Source of the DNA: a virus
UHGV virus genome: UHGV-0200626
Reading direction: 5' to 3' (one strand)
DNA: 40,988 nt
A program made the translations under genes and the position numbers. Each line of letters starts with the position of its first letter. Position 1 is the first letter of the stretch. The notes beneath the pieces are model-generated. The model saw only the letters and a program-made list of their open reading frames with translations, was not told where the DNA came from and searched no databases. This document shows, in pieces, positions 37,692 through 40,988 of this stretch.

Positions 37692-37726
37692 GTACGCTGC
37701 CGCTCGATTGCTTAAACCCTCGCCAT

Positions 37727-38659
37727 TTATGCCGGGTTTTTATCATTTTTCTTAATGTTTTCCGCACGTTCTGCTTTTTGGCGTGCTTCTGCTTTACGCT
37801 TGTTGCTCATGTCGTTACGAATCTGTGCATGACTCATTAACGCGAAGATAAAGGTGCCGCCGCAGATGTTCCCCGCTAAAGTAGGTAGTGCGAAGGGCCA
37901 GATGAAATCGCTCCAGTGCAGCGTACCGTTAAACACCAGATAGAGGATTTCAACAGAACCGACCACGATATGGGTGGTGTCACCCAGGGCAATAAGCCAG
38001 GTCATCAATATAATCACCACAATCTTTGCCGCACCTGCTGCAGGAAACATCCATACCATAGTGGCGATCAGCCAGCCGGAAATGATCGCGTTGGCAAACA
38101 TCTCGCTGGGGGTGTTCTTCATCACATCCATGCCGATTTTGACAAATGCATCGCGAGTTTCTTCATTGAAGATAGGCATATATTCAAATGCCCACGCAGC
38201 AATACCAGTCCCGAGAATATTACCCAGCAGCACGACTCCCCATAACCGCATAAGTAAGCCAACGTTGCTCATTGTCGGTTTTTGCATGACGGGTAGTACC
38301 GCAGTCACGGTGTTTTCGGTAAATAATTGCTGGCGGGCCATTATGACGATAATAAAACCAAAGGTATAACCGAGATTCTCCAGTAAGAAGCTGCCCGGCA
38401 CACCTTCCAGTTCGACATGAAATATCCCTTTTGCCAGTAACGAAGCGCCCATCGACAGACCCGCCGCAATGGCTGACCACAGTAGCGCCATTGCGTCGCG
38501 TTCCAGCTCTTTTTCACCATCCTGGCGGATATGCTCATGAATTGCCATCGCCCGGGAGGGGAGTCGGTCTTCATCTATTTCTATTTTTTTGCCGCGCTCT
38601 TTTTCTTCGCTCTCAACTTCAATTTCGTCGCTGTGTTGATCAATTTTGTCGTTGTCCAT
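37727..38659 (-). CDS. yfdC: Inner membrane protein, YfdC-like (formate/nitrite transporter family)
   Basis: 310 aa polytopic membrane protein; same position and length as E. coli yfdC next to argW. Confidence 0.65.
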   Translation of the reverse strand: MDNDKIDQHSDEIEVESEEKERGKKIEIDEDRLPSRAMAIHEHIRQDGEKELERDAMALLWSAIAAGLSMGASLLAKGIFHVELEGVPGSFLLENLGYTFGFIIVIMARQQLFTENTVTAVLPVMQKPTMSNVGLLMRLWGVVLLGNILGTGIAAWAFEYMPIFNEETRDAFVKIGMDVMKNTPSEMFANAIISGWLIATMVWMFPAAGAAKIVVIILMTWLIALGDTTHIVVGSVEILYLVFNGTLHWSDFIWPFALPTLAGNICGGTFIFALMSHAQIRNDMSNKRKAEARQKAERAENIKKNDKNPA

Positions 38660-38952
38660 GGTCTCTTCTCTTGAATTAGCACGTATAGCTAAAGCGTAGC
38701 GGCTTTTTTGCTCGCAACTGGCGGGAGTTACTCTGAAAATGTAGAAAAGGCTGCGTTTGCCTTTTTCTGTTTCTATAGAATCAAGTAGCCTACAGGGCGG
38801 CGATTACCAGGCTATGATCAAATCAGCAAATCAGGGCGTCTGGACATCAGTTGACGTGCTGTTACAATCGCCCACACCTAAACAGGCGGATACGGTATCG
38901 TTCCGTCATGGATGGCAAACTGCATAAGCCATAAAAAAACAGGGAGACATTT

Positions 38953-39708
38953 ATGAAGCTTCGCCTGTCGGCGCTTGCTCTGGGAACTACGCTTCTGGTG
39001 GGGTGTGCGAGTTCCGGCACAGATCAGCAAGGGCGTTCTGACCCGTTAGAAGGGTTCAACCGCACCATGTACAACTTCAACTTCAATGTATTAGACCCGT
39101 ATATTGTTCGACCGGTCGCTGTCGCCTGGCGTGATTATGTTCCGCAACCGGCGCGTAACGGTTTGAGCAACTTTACTGGCAACCTTGAAGAACCTGCGGT
39201 GATGGTTAACTACTTCTTGCAGGGCGACCCTTATCAGGGGATGGTCCACTTTACCCGCTTTTTCCTGAACACCATTTTGGGGATGGGCGGTTTTATTGAT
39301 GTTGCAGGGATGGCGAACCCGAAACTGCAACGGACTGAACCTCACCGCTTCGGTAGTACGCTTGGTCATTATGGCGTGGGTTATGGGCCTTACGTCCAGT
39401 TACCGTTCTACGGTAGCTTCACGCTGCGTGATGACGGTGGTGATATGGCGGATGGGCTTTACCCGGTTCTTTCCTGGCTGACCTGGCCGATGTCTGTGGG
39501 TAAATGGACGCTTGAAGGGATAGAAACTCGTGCGCAGTTGTTGGATTCCGATGGTCTGCTGCGTCAGTCGTCCGATCCTTATATTATGGTGCGCGAAGCG
39601 TACTTCCAGCGTCATGATTTCATCGCTAATGGCGGCGAACTCAAACCGCAGGAAAATCCGAACGCACAAGCGATTCAGGATGATTTAAAAGATATTGATT
39701 CTGAATAA
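38953..39708 (+). CDS. mlaA: MlaA (VacJ) outer-membrane lipoprotein
   Basis: 251 aa; lipobox LLVGC; sequence recognised as E. coli MlaA from memory. Confidence 0.8.
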   Translation: MKLRLSALALGTTLLVGCASSGTDQQGRSDPLEGFNRTMYNFNFNVLDPYIVRPVAVAWRDYVPQPARNGLSNFTGNLEEPAVMVNYFLQGDPYQGMVHFTRFFLNTILGMGGFIDVAGMANPKLQRTEPHRFGSTLGHYGVGYGPYVQLPFYGSFTLRDDGGDMADGLYPVLSWLTWPMSVGKWTLEGIETRAQLLDSDGLLRQSSDPYIMVREAYFQRHDFIANGGELKPQENPNAQAIQDDLKDIDSE

Positions 39709-39715
39709 GAAACAA

Positions 39716-39750
39716 ATAAAAAAGGTGAGTCGCAAAACTCACCTTTTTTG
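39716..39750 (+). terminator. Intrinsic terminator downstream of mlaA
   Basis: GGTGAGT-cgcaaa-ACTCACC followed by TTTTTTG, with an A-run on the 5' side. Confidence 0.65.
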
Positions 39751-39889
39751 TTGTTATCCCTCAATTACCACAAGTAAAAGGAGATAAACCGACAATGACC
39801 CGGACGTAATGATGTAAAAATACTGATGTTCGTCACTGACTATTTCCGATATTCAGGCGTTGAAAAATCAAAAAACTGGAAAAATAATT

Positions 39890-40948
39890 TTAAATATCAT
39901 CAAAATTAACACCTGGCGCAGATAGTTGATTAATTTCATTTTGATATTTCGCCTGGCGATTTTGAAGTCTTTTTTCAACGTTATCTTCGAGATCCTTAAA
40001 GTCTTTGTATTTATTTTCAGGATGGTCAACGTCAACTTTGTTAGCGAATAAATTAGAAATTATTTCTTTTACATTATCGCGTCTAAATTTTGCATCGTCC
40101 ACTTGAAAATTATATCTTATTGCTCGACCTAAACGTTTAAAAACTTCGTTAGGTTCTCTCAGTCTTTCCCCGTTGAGCTCGTTTATAACCTGATGATCGG
40201 AACCTGTTGCAAATGATTCTGCCATGATAGCTTTACTGCTTTCAAACCACGCTGAAGCACTCCTGGCGTTTTCACTACAATATTGGGTGAGACTATCACC
40301 ATTAATACGAATTCCTCTTTGAATGTGGTAGTCGTCCTGATCGTAGTAACCGAGAGATAAGTAATCATTTCCGTTTTTATTTTTAATTACAATAGCGAGA
40401 GAGTCGCCTTTTTTATCTTTACCGTACCAGGTAAATAAGTCCGTTGGTTCGCTTTTCCCGCTCTCATCAAATTCCGTTACCGTATGTCTGAGTTTGTGTG
40501 ATATCTTATCGAAGATAAAACCAGGATCTCCATCATATATTTCTTTTAATGCGCTGAAGATCATTTCCTTGTTATTGATATCATGAGTCTTCTCAACTAT
40601 GTTGTCATTAATGATAGTACGGACGAGTTCTTTGTCTTTATAGTTCGCAGGTAATTCTATTGGTTCTTGGTTGTCGATACCAATAGTAATATGGTCTGTA
40701 TCATTGGAGTCAATATCAATATAAGTAACTGAGGAATTATTAATATTAAATCTATAAGGATCGTCGTTTACTCGTATGGCGTTTTTTATAAGCTCAAGTA
40801 GATGTTTAATACAGGTGCTTATTCCTTCCTTACCATTAAAAAGGTTTTTGAACTCTTGTACTAATCCATTAACTTCATCATTGTTATTTTCATTGATGGA
40901 TTCTGGGTAAGCTGCGCTGGTATTGTTGATTGAAATAGATGGTAGCAT
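39890..40948 (-). CDS. yfdF: Uncharacterised protein, YfdF-like
   Basis: 352 aa, Asn/Lys/Asp-rich, in a visibly AT-rich segment; length and position match E. coli yfdF. Confidence 0.55.
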   Translation of the reverse strand: MLPSISINNTSAAYPESINENNNDEVNGLVQEFKNLFNGKEGISTCIKHLLELIKNAIRVNDDPYRFNINNSSVTYIDIDSNDTDHITIGIDNQEPIELPANYKDKELVRTIINDNIVEKTHDINNKEMIFSALKEIYDGDPGFIFDKISHKLRHTVTEFDESGKSEPTDLFTWYGKDKKGDSLAIVIKNKNGNDYLSLGYYDQDDYHIQRGIRINGDSLTQYCSENARSASAWFESSKAIMAESFATGSDHQVINELNGERLREPNEVFKRLGRAIRYNFQVDDAKFRRDNVKEIISNLFANKVDVDHPENKYKDFKDLEDNVEKRLQNRQAKYQNEINQLSAPGVNFDDI

Positions 40949-40988
40949 GATTTTATTCCATTTTGATTGATTTGTTACAAATATATAT

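Overview
Most of this window (about 1 to 37576) is the right-hand part of a mosaic lambdoid/P22-like prophage; the remainder is host chromosome. The prophage is integrated at the 3' end of a tRNA-Arg(CCU) gene (argW-like, 37577..37651, minus strand), and its left end and attL lie outside the window. From left to right it carries: a leftward early operon (Ea22-like coiled-coil proteins, Gp157-like, RecT, cIII-like); a cI/cro/cII immunity region with operator palindromes; an O/DnaC-like replication module with ori iterons inside O; a lambda/DLP12-like nin region (ninB, ninE, a disrupted ninF, ybcO-like, rusA, ninH) and Q with a lambda-type PR'; a lysis cassette (S holin, P22-type lysozyme, Rz/Rz1); P22-like packaging, head and ejection genes; an immI-like mnt-arc-ant module; a tailspike; and a tyrosine integrase next to the tRNA. 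Host flank is yfdC-like, mlaA (vacJ) and yfdF-like, matching the E. coli argW/CPS-53 locus. All family assignments are from reading the translations and from memory of reference proteins; no database search was run. The most unusual content is a set of small accessory insertions: an antisense zinc-ribbon gene between PR' and the holin, a T5orf172-domain gene between cII and O, two paralogous HNH-AP2 endonuclease genes (one splitting ninF), and two small signal-peptide proteins at the P22 sieA-equivalent position. None of these can be assigned a function from sequence alone, and I do not see a large multi-gene enzymatic system that is otherwise unexplained.
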